DNA of 56,766 nucleotides from Candidatus Coatesbacteria bacterium (GTDB lineage: Bacteria; JAFGND01), in assembly GCA_016927185.1 (NCBI GenBank), contig JAFGND010000047.1, positions 1 to 56,766 of the forward strand, in the 5' to 3' direction. The notes under the pieces were generated by a model, which did no database searches, was not told where the DNA came from, and saw nothing but the letters and a program-made list of their open reading frames with translations. Below are positions 37,551 to 47,787 of the stretch, piece after piece. Position numbers and translations under genes: made by a program. Within the stretch, counting starts at the first letter, position 1; each line of letters starts with the position of its first letter.

Positions 37551-40500
37551 ATGCTTCCATTGGGATCATATTTGAAGAGAATCCGCATATCTCTTGCAGG
37601 TCTTTCTATTGCAATATCAATTGAATTAGAGTTATTGTTTTTTACTCTCTTTACAGCATTTATAGGAAAACTTTCACAGAACCTATCTCTTGAACTTGCG
37701 TGGGTTTATCTTGTTTCATCACTGATTATTGTAACTTTCCTTCTGGGAAGATTCATATCAAGAACTATCAGCATAAGAAATATTGCTTCTCTCATTGGAA
37801 GAAAGGATGAAAAGACTGCTGAGGAATTGATTGTTGCTCTTTCTCTCTCCAAAAAGGAAGAAAACAATATTTCTTGCTTCTTTATAGACTTGCATAAAAG
37901 GCTGCTGGTTGAAAAGCTCTTGAAATTGAAGATGAATGAGATAATTCCATTCAGGAAATTCCTGTTTTCAATCTGTATCATTCTGGCAAGTCTTGTTTTA
38001 TCATTCAGTTATCTGAACTCAAAAACCGATCTTTACAGGAAAGCATATTTCGTGTTGTTTCAATCATATAAACTAGATTCCATCCCTCCCAGAATAATAA
38101 GACTTGATGTACCTTCTAAAATCCAGAAAGGTGAAACTGCAATGATAGAGGCAGAAATTGTTTTTGCTTCTGAGAGGGAAAAAGGAGAAGTTTTAGCAAA
38201 TTATACAGAGGCAGGCAACAGAAGCAAGATGGTTTCCATGAAGGAAGTCTCCAGGAATAAATACAACATACAGATTGGACCTCTTTTCGAGAATACTGAC
38301 ATATTTATTCAGGCAGGAAATGTAAAGAGCATCAAGAAGAAGATACAGGTTTCATCACCCATAAATTTCCAGGATATTACAATGGAGATAGTTTCACCCC
38401 AGTATACAGGAATAGCAGCAAGAAGTCTGCCTTTGGGGATGATAAAAGCTTATAAGGGGTCGACAGTAATTATAAAGGGCAGTACTACTTCACAAGTTAG
38501 AGAGATTTATTTCCAGTTTTCTAAAAAGCAATTACAGGCAAATCTGCTGAATGATGATAAAGGTTTTGTATTCCGATATGATTTAAGAGAGGAAGACAAT
38601 TTTCAGATTATTGCAATGGACACAACAGATAATGTCTCTGCATCACAGAAGTTTCCAGTTACGCTAATCAAGGATAAGAGTCCTTATGTAAAAATAGGTA
38701 CTCCAGAAAAGGAAATATTAATGCCTACTGGAAGGGAAATACTTATAACTACAGAAGCTTCAGATGATTTCCTTATTACTAAGGTATCACTTGTATATAC
38801 TGCAAATGGAAAAACCAGCACTATTCTGTTAACTGATAAGTCTAATCAGCAATCCATAAAACTTGATTATAAATGGAATTTATCCTCCATACAACCTGGT
38901 GACGGAAGTGAAATAAGATACAAGATAGTTGCATGGGATAATGATAATGTATCAGGTCCAAAGCAGGGAGAGAGTGAAACATATATTATAAAAATTCCAT
39001 CTTTTTCAGGGAAGCTTGATCAACTGAAAAAGGAGGCAAAAAGAAGTGACATTAATCTGAAATCTTTGTCAGATGAAGCAAAAAGACTGACTGAAGAGTC
39101 AGTTAGACTGGCACAGGAAAGCGCTGCTTCTGGCAAAATCACAGATGATCTACAGAATAAGATAAAACAACATCTTAATGCATGGGATGATCTCAAGAAA
39201 AGGGTAAAGGCTCTTTCAGAGGATTACAAACAACAGAGGCTTGCAAAAAAAAGCAATGATGCTGCTAACAACGATTTGCTTGAAAGAGAGAGAGAAATAG
39301 AAAGACTTCTCAAGAAACTGGAGGAAAATGACTTCATGAAAGACCTGCAGAAAGAAATGCAGAGAAATAATCCATATGACATGTCCAGAAAACTTGATGA
39401 TCTCTCTAAGAAGGGAGAAAAATATAAGGATGAATTGCAGAAACTTGAAGAGCTTATGAAATACATGAGAATTGAAGAAGCTCTTCAGAGAATGGAAAAA
39501 ATGGCAGGCAAGATGCATGAACTGGAGGAGAAAGCAAGAACAGCAAACAGCAGTAATAATGCATCTGAAAGGGATCAGGCAAGGAAGGATCAGAAAGATT
39601 TATGGAAACAGCTCAAAGATGATATGAAAGAAACATCCTCTCAGACAAAGGATACCCAATTGAAGCAGGAATTGGGGAATCTGAATGAATGGAATAAGCA
39701 GAATCTTGAAAACAGTATCAATCAGGAGAATTTTGATATGAGCTCTTCCGAAAGCAGGCAGTCAAGTCTCCAGAATCTCAAGCAGCAATTGCAGGATATG
39801 CAGAAGAGGTACAACAGCAGGCAGAAACAGCAGACTTTGAAGAAGATAAATACAATGAAGACACAAGCTTCATTTCTGGCAAGAGAACTTGAAAAAGCTT
39901 ACAAGGAGAACGAGAATGAAAGGAGAACACAATCACTTGAAAGCATAAGGCAAGGAATGGACAAACTGGATAATGAACTGGCAGACATAGAGAGGAGAAG
40001 TTTCCTGGTGCAACCCGGGATTCGCGACATTCTTGAAAAAGCTCTTGATAAAGTAAGGGATGCAAGCGAAAACTCAAGGAACAACTATACACAATCAGGA
40101 AAGCAGTCTTCTCTTCAGGCAATGGGAAATGTAAATACTTTTCATGAGATGCTTGGAGATCTTGCAAAAAGAACAGGTGCCCAGTCAAGTTCATCCGGTT
40201 TCATGGAAGCAATGAAAGAAATTGCACAGCAACAAGCTTCATTGAATTCAGATACGAAGAATATGAGAAAAGGGATGCCAGGCGGAAATACTTTAGGAAG
40301 TCTGGGATTAAGGCAGAGAATGCTGTCATCTCTTTTAATGCAGGCCATGAGAAATCAGGGAAACTCACAATCAAAGGATGAGCTTGGAGGAATGGTGAAA
40401 GAAATGAAAGATATTTCAGAGAGAATTGCAAAAAATGATATAAATGACAGGCTGCTTGAACGTCAAGATAATCTTTATGTAAAAATGCTAGAGTATTCGG

Positions 40501-40703
40501 GAGCACTAAGAAACCAGGAGGAAGAAGAAAAACGTGAGGCAGAGCAACCTTTGAAAATATATCCTGCGCAGGCTTCCACAAGACGAGATGATGAAAAGAG
40601 GGAAGCAGAGAGAAGACTTTTGCTGAAACTTTTAAGAGGTGATTACCCTGAGGCATACAGACAGCTTCTTGAGCAGTATTTCAGGAAAATGGAAGGAATA
40701 TAG
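37551..40703 (+). CDS. DUF4175-like membrane protein (TM + Ig-like domains + long coiled coil)
   Basis: N-terminal TMs; PQYTG, DKSPYV, ASDDF, AWDND motifs; Q/E/K-rich coiled coil; C-terminal YRQLLEQYF. Confidence 0.75.
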   Translation: MLPLGSYLKRIRISLAGLSIAISIELELLFFTLFTAFIGKLSQNLSLELAWVYLVSSLIIVTFLLGRFISRTISIRNIASLIGRKDEKTAEELIVALSLSKKEENNISCFFIDLHKRLLVEKLLKLKMNEIIPFRKFLFSICIILASLVLSFSYLNSKTDLYRKAYFVLFQSYKLDSIPPRIIRLDVPSKIQKGETAMIEAEIVFASEREKGEVLANYTEAGNRSKMVSMKEVSRNKYNIQIGPLFENTDIFIQAGNVKSIKKKIQVSSPINFQDITMEIVSPQYTGIAARSLPLGMIKAYKGSTVIIKGSTTSQVREIYFQFSKKQLQANLLNDDKGFVFRYDLREEDNFQIIAMDTTDNVSASQKFPVTLIKDKSPYVKIGTPEKEILMPTGREILITTEASDDFLITKVSLVYTANGKTSTILLTDKSNQQSIKLDYKWNLSSIQPGDGSEIRYKIVAWDNDNVSGPKQGESETYIIKIPSFSGKLDQLKKEAKRSDINLKSLSDEAKRLTEESVRLAQESAASGKITDDLQNKIKQHLNAWDDLKKRVKALSEDYKQQRLAKKSNDAANNDLLEREREIERLLKKLEENDFMKDLQKEMQRNNPYDMSRKLDDLSKKGEKYKDELQKLEELMKYMRIEEALQRMEKMAGKMHELEEKARTANSSNNASERDQARKDQKDLWKQLKDDMKETSSQTKDTQLKQELGNLNEWNKQNLENSINQENFDMSSSESRQSSLQNLKQQLQDMQKRYNSRQKQQTLKKINTMKTQASFLARELEKAYKENENERRTQSLESIRQGMDKLDNELADIERRSFLVQPGIRDILEKALDKVRDASENSRNNYTQSGKQSSLQAMGNVNTFHEMLGDLAKRTGAQSSSSGFMEAMKEIAQQQASLNSDTKNMRKGMPGGNTLGSLGLRQRMLSSLLMQAMRNQGNSQSKDELGGMVKEMKDISERIAKNDINDRLLERQDNLYVKMLEYSGALRNQEEEEKREAEQPLKIYPAQASTRRDDEKREAERRLLLKLLRGDYPEAYRQLLEQYFRKMEGI

Positions 40704-40705
40704 AC

Positions 40706-41971
40706 TTGAGTTTTTTTGCTCAGAGTAGCTGGACATTCTCTTCAAATCTTGTTACCAAGGCATTTGCTTTTGTATTAAGCGTTTACATTGCCCAGACTTT
40801 CGGTCCCGAGGGAAGAGGAGAATATGCTTACCTTGTTCTTCTTTCAACATTAGGCACTATATGGGGAGGATTTGGTATCTCGAGTGCAGGAGTATATTAC
40901 TATAATAATTCCTCTCAGAAAGAAAGCATACTGAAAACCGTCTGGTTATCAGGTTTTTTGATGGGGCTTTTAGGAATAATTTTCGTCTACATATTCCTTG
41001 CCATTTTGAAGCCAGAAACTGCAAAAAATCCATATATATTCTATGGTGCTTTTTTCGGGGTATTGTCTAGCATGCTTATAAACCATGCCCAGAAAATATA
41101 CCTTGCAACAGGCAGAATAAAATCCTACAATTATGTAATGCCAAGTCTTTATCTGCCGATATTTCTTGGCATATTAGTCTCTCACTTGTTTTTTTACAAA
41201 CAGATCAATGCTGTTCTTGCCTGCTGGTTTTCATGCATGTTCCTGATGTCAATGTACTGGATTTTCAAATCAAAACCATCTTCAGGGAACTTTTCTTTGG
41301 CTATACTGTATTCTTTGATGATATTCGGAATACAATCCCAGGTAGGGGTAATACTTCAACTTGTCAATTATCAAGTGGACAAGATATATATAGAAAAGAT
41401 GCTTTCAACTGAATGGCTTGGAATTTATGCTGTTGCAGTATCACTTAGTCAGGGATTGATGATAATTCCAACCTCAGCTGCTACAATACTTTATCCGAAA
41501 GCATCAAAAGGCTCTCTCAATTCAGATGATAGTGCTTTTATTTGCAGAATAGTCTTATGGATTCTGCTTCTGGCATCGATAGTACTTGGTTTGTCAGGAA
41601 AACTCATCCTGAGGTATGTATTCGGTGAAGATTACGTAGCAGGATATTTAACCCTGATTATCCTGCTTGGAGCTACTTTTGCAGCAGCACCAGGACAGCT
41701 TCTTTCATCTGACCTGACAGGTAGAGGCAAGCCGTTTATCGGGACAATTGCTGCATTTTTTGGCGTAATTACGAATATTGTTCTGAATTTCTATTTCATA
41801 CCGAAATACAAGATAGTAGGGGCTGCTATTACAAGCCTGTTTTCATACAGTACAACTAGCCTGATAATCTGTTTTTATTTCATGAGTTTTCATAAATCAT
41901 GTTTCACCAGGCTTATCATACCTCAAAAAGGTGATTTCAGGAAAATAAGAACTGCTCTCAAAATGAAATGA
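40706..41971 (+). CDS. Oligosaccharide flippase (Wzx/MOP family)
   Basis: FGPEGRGEYA, about 12 TMs, QVDK, LGIYAVA, LNFYFIPKYKIVGAAI. Confidence 0.85.
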   Translation: MSFFAQSSWTFSSNLVTKAFAFVLSVYIAQTFGPEGRGEYAYLVLLSTLGTIWGGFGISSAGVYYYNNSSQKESILKTVWLSGFLMGLLGIIFVYIFLAILKPETAKNPYIFYGAFFGVLSSMLINHAQKIYLATGRIKSYNYVMPSLYLPIFLGILVSHLFFYKQINAVLACWFSCMFLMSMYWIFKSKPSSGNFSLAILYSLMIFGIQSQVGVILQLVNYQVDKIYIEKMLSTEWLGIYAVAVSLSQGLMIIPTSAATILYPKASKGSLNSDDSAFICRIVLWILLLASIVLGLSGKLILRYVFGEDYVAGYLTLIILLGATFAAAPGQLLSSDLTGRGKPFIGTIAAFFGVITNIVLNFYFIPKYKIVGAAITSLFSYSTTSLIICFYFMSFHKSCFTRLIIPQKGDFRKIRTALKMK

Positions 41972-41997
41972 GGGCAAGCTGATTTATTACCCTCATT
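41967..41997 (-). terminator. Hairpin between the convergent flippase and flavoprotein genes
   Basis: AATGAGGG..CCCTCATT inverted repeat, extendable with G-U pairs on the minus strand. Confidence 0.5.
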
Positions 41998-42022
41998 ATT
42001 TATTCCATGTATCAGCGAAATA

Positions 42023-43654
42023 CTAGAATATGCTAAGTCTCTTTACTCTTTTTTCTATCCTGCTGTAATCAGGAAGCAATACAGGGCTTTTCCTGTCTTC
42101 TGGAATCTTTGCTGATTTTAGTTCTTCAACATACTTCTTTACATGATTGAAAGTGAGTTTCTTTGGAATATCCACTGTTTTTACTCTCTTTGCAGCTGCT
42201 ATTCCTGCCCTTCTTCCAAATACGTTTATATCCAGAAGTGAGTTACCCATCAAGCGATTTCTACCATGAATTCCACCTGCAACTTCTCCTGCAAGGAACA
42301 GATTTGGTACTGATGTTTCTGCATCAGAATTAATCATTCCTCCTCCATTCTGATAATGGAGTGTGGGATAAATCAGTATCGGGTCTACTGAGATATCAAT
42401 CCCGAATCTTTCATATTGCCTGAACATGGCAGGAAGATTTTTCTTGACTGCTCCCTTTCCAAGCTTGAGCTCTATCAATGGACTATCAAGCCATACGCCT
42501 ATGTTACCAGTTGGAGTAGGGACTCCCTTTTTAACCTCAAGACATTCCTTAATTATTTTTGCAGATTCAACGTCCCTGGGTTCCAGTGGATATGTAAACT
42601 GTATACCATCTATGTTAAGTACTTGAGCGCCTAGCCCTCTAACCTTTTCTGTGACTAGCAGTCCAACAATCTGTTCTGGCCATATTGCTCCTGTTGGATG
42701 ATACTGAACAGCATCCATGAATGCAAGCTTTACACCAGCTCTGTAAATCATTACAAGACCATCTGCTGTTGCGCCATAATGATTTGTTGTAGGGAAATTC
42801 TGTATATGAAGCCTACCAAATCCACCAGTTGCAACAATCACTGCTTTTGCTCTTGCTATCTTGTACTCCTTGGTTTCCATATTCCAGAGTAATGCACCGG
42901 CAGCTTTTCCTTCATCATCAAGTAACAGGTCTATTGCTGCAGTATATTCGAGAACTGGAATCTTGCGATTTTCCATCTCATCTTTCAATGTTCTCATTAT
43001 GACAGCACCTGTATAATCCCTGGCACTGTGCATTCTCATTCTGCTTGTGCCACCACCATGTTTTATAAGCATGTGATTCTTTTCGTCCTTGTCATACATT
43101 ACACCAAGTTTCTCATGCCATTTTATAATCCCTGGAGCATCATTAGCCATAGCTTCTACAAGTTCCGGGAAATTATCGAAATGACCTCCACCTAAAATAT
43201 CCAGATAATGGATCTGGGGACTGTCAGTCTCTGAAACTGCTGCCTGTATGCCTCCCTGTGCCATCATAGTATTGGCTTCTCCGTGACGAAGTTTTGTACA
43301 CATGAGAACATTAGCACCATTCATGTGAGCCCAGAGTGATGCAGCACTTCCTCCGCCACCGCCTCCGATTATCAATATATCTACATCATAATCTATTGTA
43401 TTTAAATCTATTTCATCTGGTGATTCAAGTGGATATGATTCAAGCACATCCACAAATTCGTTGGGAGCTTTTTCTCCCTTGCTTGGTCCAACTGTTATCT
43501 TTCTGAATGCTTCATCTTTGTGATCAGGATGGAACGCACTTAATATTTTCGCTCTTTCTTCCAAAGTCAATTGCGGGTATTCTTCATGAAGTCTCTTTGC
43601 ACGAGTTGCGTTCACTTTCTTTATTGATTCTCTCATTTCATTAGTATATGACAT
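42023..43654 (-). CDS. SdhA/FrdA/TfrA-family flavoprotein (soluble, probably non-covalent FAD)
   Basis: IIGGGGGG, NTMMAQGGI, VATGGFG, QYHPTG, TEKVRGLG, EPRDV, LHYQNGG, HGRNRLMGNSLLD. Confidence 0.88.
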   Translation of the reverse strand: MSYTNEMRESIKKVNATRAKRLHEEYPQLTLEERAKILSAFHPDHKDEAFRKITVGPSKGEKAPNEFVDVLESYPLESPDEIDLNTIDYDVDILIIGGGGGGSAASLWAHMNGANVLMCTKLRHGEANTMMAQGGIQAAVSETDSPQIHYLDILGGGHFDNFPELVEAMANDAPGIIKWHEKLGVMYDKDEKNHMLIKHGGGTSRMRMHSARDYTGAVIMRTLKDEMENRKIPVLEYTAAIDLLLDDEGKAAGALLWNMETKEYKIARAKAVIVATGGFGRLHIQNFPTTNHYGATADGLVMIYRAGVKLAFMDAVQYHPTGAIWPEQIVGLLVTEKVRGLGAQVLNIDGIQFTYPLEPRDVESAKIIKECLEVKKGVPTPTGNIGVWLDSPLIELKLGKGAVKKNLPAMFRQYERFGIDISVDPILIYPTLHYQNGGGMINSDAETSVPNLFLAGEVAGGIHGRNRLMGNSLLDINVFGRRAGIAAAKRVKTVDIPKKLTFNHVKKYVEELKSAKIPEDRKSPVLLPDYSRIEKRVKRLSIF

Positions 43655-43668
43655 TTTTCCCTCCTCTA

Positions 43669-44376
43669 TTACGCAGACTCGCCTGGTTCTTTTACACGGG
43701 CATTATACAAATCCTTGAGTTTTTTCTTATCAAATTGTGTCATTTCGTTCAATGTTGCATTGAAACCACCATCAAGTGTTGTGCTGACTTTATTTTCCTC
43801 AATTTCCTTGCATCTCTTGTCCAGTCTGTCATCTGCAGGAGCAATATATCTTGAATACAATCTTTTGACAAGATTTCCCACATTATATTGCACTATCTCG
43901 ACTGGACATCTGGTTGCACACAACCCACAATTCAGGCAGTCAAATGAAAGATCAGCAGCTTTGGCTATATCACCGCGCAGTGCAGCCTGAACATAGTCCA
44001 TAACCCTTAGATCCTGTGGACATACCTTGCTGCATGAATTGCAGGAAAGACATCTGAAAACCTCTGGATAGATTTTCAATATCTGTTCAGCAGTTGGCTC
44101 CATGTTTTCAAGCATGTAATCAGGATGATGAGGTGGATAATAAGGAATTTGAGCAAATTGCATCCCATCTTCAACAACTGTCTGACAGGCAAGACCGACT
44201 GTCAGCTTGTATGATCCTTTTTTACGTATTATTGTTCCGCAACCACCGCAAAATCCACCACGGCAGCCGCATCCACGAATGAGGCGGTAACCAGCATATT
44301 CCATAGCTTTCATTATTGTCAGACCTGCTGGAACCTGATATTCCCGTCCCATTATATAGACGGTCACCATATCCAT
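43669..44376 (-). CDS. SdhB/FrdB-like Fe-S subunit ([2Fe-2S] + 2x[4Fe-4S])
   Basis: GCGCRGGFCGGC..LAC; CLSCNSCSKVCP; CLNCGLCATRCP; GGAGG RBS before ATG 44376. Confidence 0.88.
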   Translation of the reverse strand: MDMVTVYIMGREYQVPAGLTIMKAMEYAGYRLIRGCGCRGGFCGGCGTIIRKKGSYKLTVGLACQTVVEDGMQFAQIPYYPPHHPDYMLENMEPTAEQILKIYPEVFRCLSCNSCSKVCPQDLRVMDYVQAALRGDIAKAADLSFDCLNCGLCATRCPVEIVQYNVGNLVKRLYSRYIAPADDRLDKRCKEIEENKVSTTLDGGFNATLNEMTQFDKKKLKDLYNARVKEPGESA

Positions 44377-44580
44377 AGCCAATTCCTCCAAATCTTTCAG
44401 TTAATAATAAGGACGTGTTCGTTTATAATGGTAATGGGTGTCAAGACTTTTTAAGAAAATCATTCATGCTTTATAGCTTTTTTAACTTGATTTTGTCTTG
44501 ATTAGTGAAGCAGTATTGTATGAAATAAGCCTCAAAAAGGTTTCAGACTAAACATGAAGCATTATTGATTAACAATTGAC

Positions 44581-44609
44581 TTGACAATATAGTCATTCAT
44601 TGATAGTAT
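44581..44609 (+). promoter_or_regulatory. Sigma70-type promoter for the C25 protease pair
   Basis: TTGACA, 17-nt spacer, TAGTAT, with an extended -10 TG at 44601-44602. Confidence 0.6.
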
Positions 44610-44634
44610 ATTGGAAAGTTAAAAAGGAGTTTTT

Positions 44635-46182
44635 ATGCGTACTGTTATCATGTTCTGTCTCATTTTTTCAACATTCCTGATGGCGGATAATTGGCTGCCA
44701 AAGGTTACCAGAGATCCAAGTGGGAGGAAGCTGGGTGATTATTATGATTATATAAAAGCCAATCCAGTAACCACTTTCCATTCAAGCACCGTATACTCGG
44801 ACAAGGCAGATTCAAGTCCTTATGATGTTTTAGTAATAGTTGAGGAAAGAATTTATACTCCCCTTATTGCAGTACTTGATCTTTACAAGAATGACCTGAA
44901 ACAGGAAGGTTATACTGTTACCATAATGACTGCACAGGGAGGGACACCCGAGGAACTCAAGCAGACTATAATTGACAAGGATCCGGGTGTAGTTCTTATG
45001 GTTGGTAATCTGCCAGTAGCATGGTTCGAGATGGACGAGTTTTTTGATGGGAAAGCTGCCTATACGAATTTCCCCATAGATTTGTTTTTTATGGATACTA
45101 ATGGAGACTGGATAGATGCAGATAGCAATGGAATGTATGATGAGCATAACGGTGCTCTTGAAGCAGACATTGCTTTCGGGAGAGTTGCTGCCCACAACAT
45201 GACTTTACCCTGGGAAGGGGAGCAGCATGTTACTGAAACTGAAATTATTGGAAACTGGTTCAATAAGGTGCATGCATTCAGGAGAGGTTACAGCTCATAT
45301 ATAACTCACAGTCTGGACTGGATTGATGATGACTGGCAATACTGGGGTGAAGAATGGAGTGGTAATGTCGGACTGGCATATCAGAAAAGGACAACTGTTT
45401 ATGATACCACTCTTACTGTTAAAACGGATTATGTAAACAGGATAAGAAAATCAACCAATAATCGTTATGAGCATTTGCTTTTCTGTTGTCACAGCGGTCC
45501 TAATGCACACGCCATAACATACAGAGGTGGATATCAATGGTTGTATAATCATGAGTTGAAGGATATAATACCGCAAGTGGGTTTTTATAATCTTTTCTGT
45601 TGCTCTATTGCAAGATATACAGAAAGCGATTATATAGCTGGCTGGTATGCATTACAGAAGAGTTTTGGACTTTTATCAGTAGGAAGTACGAAAACAGGAG
45701 CAATGCTTCAATTCCAGGATTTCTATGAGCCGCTTGGCAAGGGACAGACTTATGGAGAGAGCTTCAAGATATGGGCACAGAAGAACATGGAAACAGGAGC
45801 AGGTTCTCAGAGCGATTCCCGTTCATGGTTCTATGGAATGACAATAATAGGTGATCCCACTCTGAAGATGGGTGATAATTTTGTTGGCATGAAAAAGAGA
45901 ATTCATTCAATGAAATTGCCTGTAAAACCTGATCTGACTGTTTATCCAAATCCCGCAAGGACTGAAGCTGTTTTCAAATTCAAGCTTGACAAGGCTGGAA
46001 TTACAGAGATAAGAATATATGATCTTTCCGGAAGGCTTGTTCATTCTGAATCTTCGAAGGTTGATAAACCTGGAATGCAGAACAGGATATGGAAAATAAA
46101 TGCTCAACCAGGTCGCTATCAGGTGGTTGTGAAGGTGAACAACAAGATTCTTGATACCAGGGGATTTGTGGTAATAAAATAG
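44635..46182 (+). CDS. Peptidase C25 (gingipain-like) cysteine protease with T9SS-type C-terminal domain (paralog 1)
   Basis: Signal peptide; VLMVGNLPV, DLFFMD, DIAFGRV, CCHSG (His), NLFCCS (Cys), IIGDPTL; CTD VYPNP..IYDLSGRLV..PGRY. Confidence 0.8.
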   Translation: MRTVIMFCLIFSTFLMADNWLPKVTRDPSGRKLGDYYDYIKANPVTTFHSSTVYSDKADSSPYDVLVIVEERIYTPLIAVLDLYKNDLKQEGYTVTIMTAQGGTPEELKQTIIDKDPGVVLMVGNLPVAWFEMDEFFDGKAAYTNFPIDLFFMDTNGDWIDADSNGMYDEHNGALEADIAFGRVAAHNMTLPWEGEQHVTETEIIGNWFNKVHAFRRGYSSYITHSLDWIDDDWQYWGEEWSGNVGLAYQKRTTVYDTTLTVKTDYVNRIRKSTNNRYEHLLFCCHSGPNAHAITYRGGYQWLYNHELKDIIPQVGFYNLFCCSIARYTESDYIAGWYALQKSFGLLSVGSTKTGAMLQFQDFYEPLGKGQTYGESFKIWAQKNMETGAGSQSDSRSWFYGMTIIGDPTLKMGDNFVGMKKRIHSMKLPVKPDLTVYPNPARTEAVFKFKLDKAGITEIRIYDLSGRLVHSESSKVDKPGMQNRIWKINAQPGRYQVVVKVNNKILDTRGFVVIK

Positions 46183-46198
46183 CAGAAAGGAGATTTAG

Positions 46199-47749
46199 GT
46201 GAAATATTTGTTTGTCTTGGCAATACTTGTTTTTGGAATGCTTTATGCCAATGGTGATTTGCCTCCTGTAACACGTGATCCATCTAATCAGAGACTTATT
46301 TATTACCATGATTACATAAAAGAGCATCCACCATCAGAACTTCATGTAAGCAAGATTTATGCAGACAGGATAGACTCTTCTCCAAATGATGTTCTTGTAA
46401 TAGTAGAGGAGAGGCTTTACAATTCACTTTCAGCAGTTCTTGATGTATACAAAGACGATCTTCAAGATGAGGGATTCAAGGTGACTATTATAACTGCAGA
46501 TGGGGGAACACCAGAAGCATTGAAGCAGGTAATAATAAATAATGATCCAGCTTATGTTTTCATGGTAGGTAATCTTCCAATTGCATGGTATGAAATGGAT
46601 GAATTTTTTGATGGCAAGTCTGATTATACAAACTTTCCGATAGATCTTTTCTACATGGATCTTAATGGTACCTGGGCTGACACCGATACTAATGGAATGT
46701 ATGATAATCATAGTGGTGCACTGGAAGCTGATATTTCATTCGGGAGAATATCAGCTGACAAGATGACACTTCCCTGGGAAGGTAATGAGCAACCTACTGA
46801 ATCAGAGATTCTCATAAACTGGTTCAACAAGGTTCACAATTACAGGAAGCTTCCTCCCAGATACGATTTCGAAAGTCTTGTATGGATTGATGACGACTGG
46901 CAATACTGGGGTAACGAATGGAGTAATGATGTCGGAAAGGCATACAAGACGAGAACAACCGTATATGATACATCCCAGACTACGAAGACAGACTATGTCT
47001 CAAGGATAAGGGCTTCATCCAATAACAAATATGAGCATCTGCTTTTTTGCTGTCATAGCGGACCAAATGGTCATGCAATAACTTACAGGGGAGCTTATCA
47101 ATGGCTTTATAACAGGGAATTGAAAGATATAGTCCCTCAGATAGCATTTTATAATCTTTTCTGCTGCTCGATAGCCCGTTATACTGAAAGTAATTATATG
47201 GCAGGCTGGTATGCAATGCAGAAAACTTATGGACTTCTTTCCATAGGAAGCACAAAGACTGGTGCAATGCTGGAATTTAATGATTTCTATACACCGCTTG
47301 GAGAAGGCAAGACTTTCGGGGAGAGCTTCAAAATATGGGCAATAGAGAATATGGAAAGTGGTGCTGGAAGTCAGCATGAATCTCAATCATGGTTCTATGG
47401 AATGACAATAATTGGAGATCCAACCTTGAAAATAGCAGAACACCAGAATGATTTTACAGACAGAATGATATCAAGCAAGGTTCCATTCAGATTCACTCTT
47501 TCTGTCAATCCAAATCCAGTAAGAACAGAAGCTGTTTTCAAATTCAATATAAGAAAACCTGGATTGACTGAGGTGAATGTCTACAATATACTGGGGAAAC
47601 TTGTTCACAGAGAGACAATCAATACAAGAAATTCAGGTCTGCAGAACAGGATCTTTAAAACCGGAAATATGAATCCCGGACGCTATCAGGTTCTTATAAA
47701 GCTTGATGGAGAAGTACTCGGAAGTAAGGGATTTATAGTCTTGAAGTAA
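46199..47749 (+). CDS. Peptidase C25 (gingipain-like) cysteine protease with T9SS-type CTD (paralog 2)
   Basis: Colinear duplicate of 44635..46182 with the same motifs; GTG start with AAGGAG RBS. Confidence 0.8.
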   Translation: MKYLFVLAILVFGMLYANGDLPPVTRDPSNQRLIYYHDYIKEHPPSELHVSKIYADRIDSSPNDVLVIVEERLYNSLSAVLDVYKDDLQDEGFKVTIITADGGTPEALKQVIINNDPAYVFMVGNLPIAWYEMDEFFDGKSDYTNFPIDLFYMDLNGTWADTDTNGMYDNHSGALEADISFGRISADKMTLPWEGNEQPTESEILINWFNKVHNYRKLPPRYDFESLVWIDDDWQYWGNEWSNDVGKAYKTRTTVYDTSQTTKTDYVSRIRASSNNKYEHLLFCCHSGPNGHAITYRGAYQWLYNRELKDIVPQIAFYNLFCCSIARYTESNYMAGWYAMQKTYGLLSIGSTKTGAMLEFNDFYTPLGEGKTFGESFKIWAIENMESGAGSQHESQSWFYGMTIIGDPTLKIAEHQNDFTDRMISSKVPFRFTLSVNPNPVRTEAVFKFNIRKPGLTEVNVYNILGKLVHRETINTRNSGLQNRIFKTGNMNPGRYQVLIKLDGEVLGSKGFIVLK

Positions 47750-47756
47750 ACGATAT

Positions 47757-47787
47757 GCACCTTATCTAAAGAGATAGGGTGCTTTTT
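47757..47787 (+). terminator. Rho-independent terminator
   Basis: GCACCTTATCT-AAAG-AGATAGGGTGC followed by TTTTT. Confidence 0.75.
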
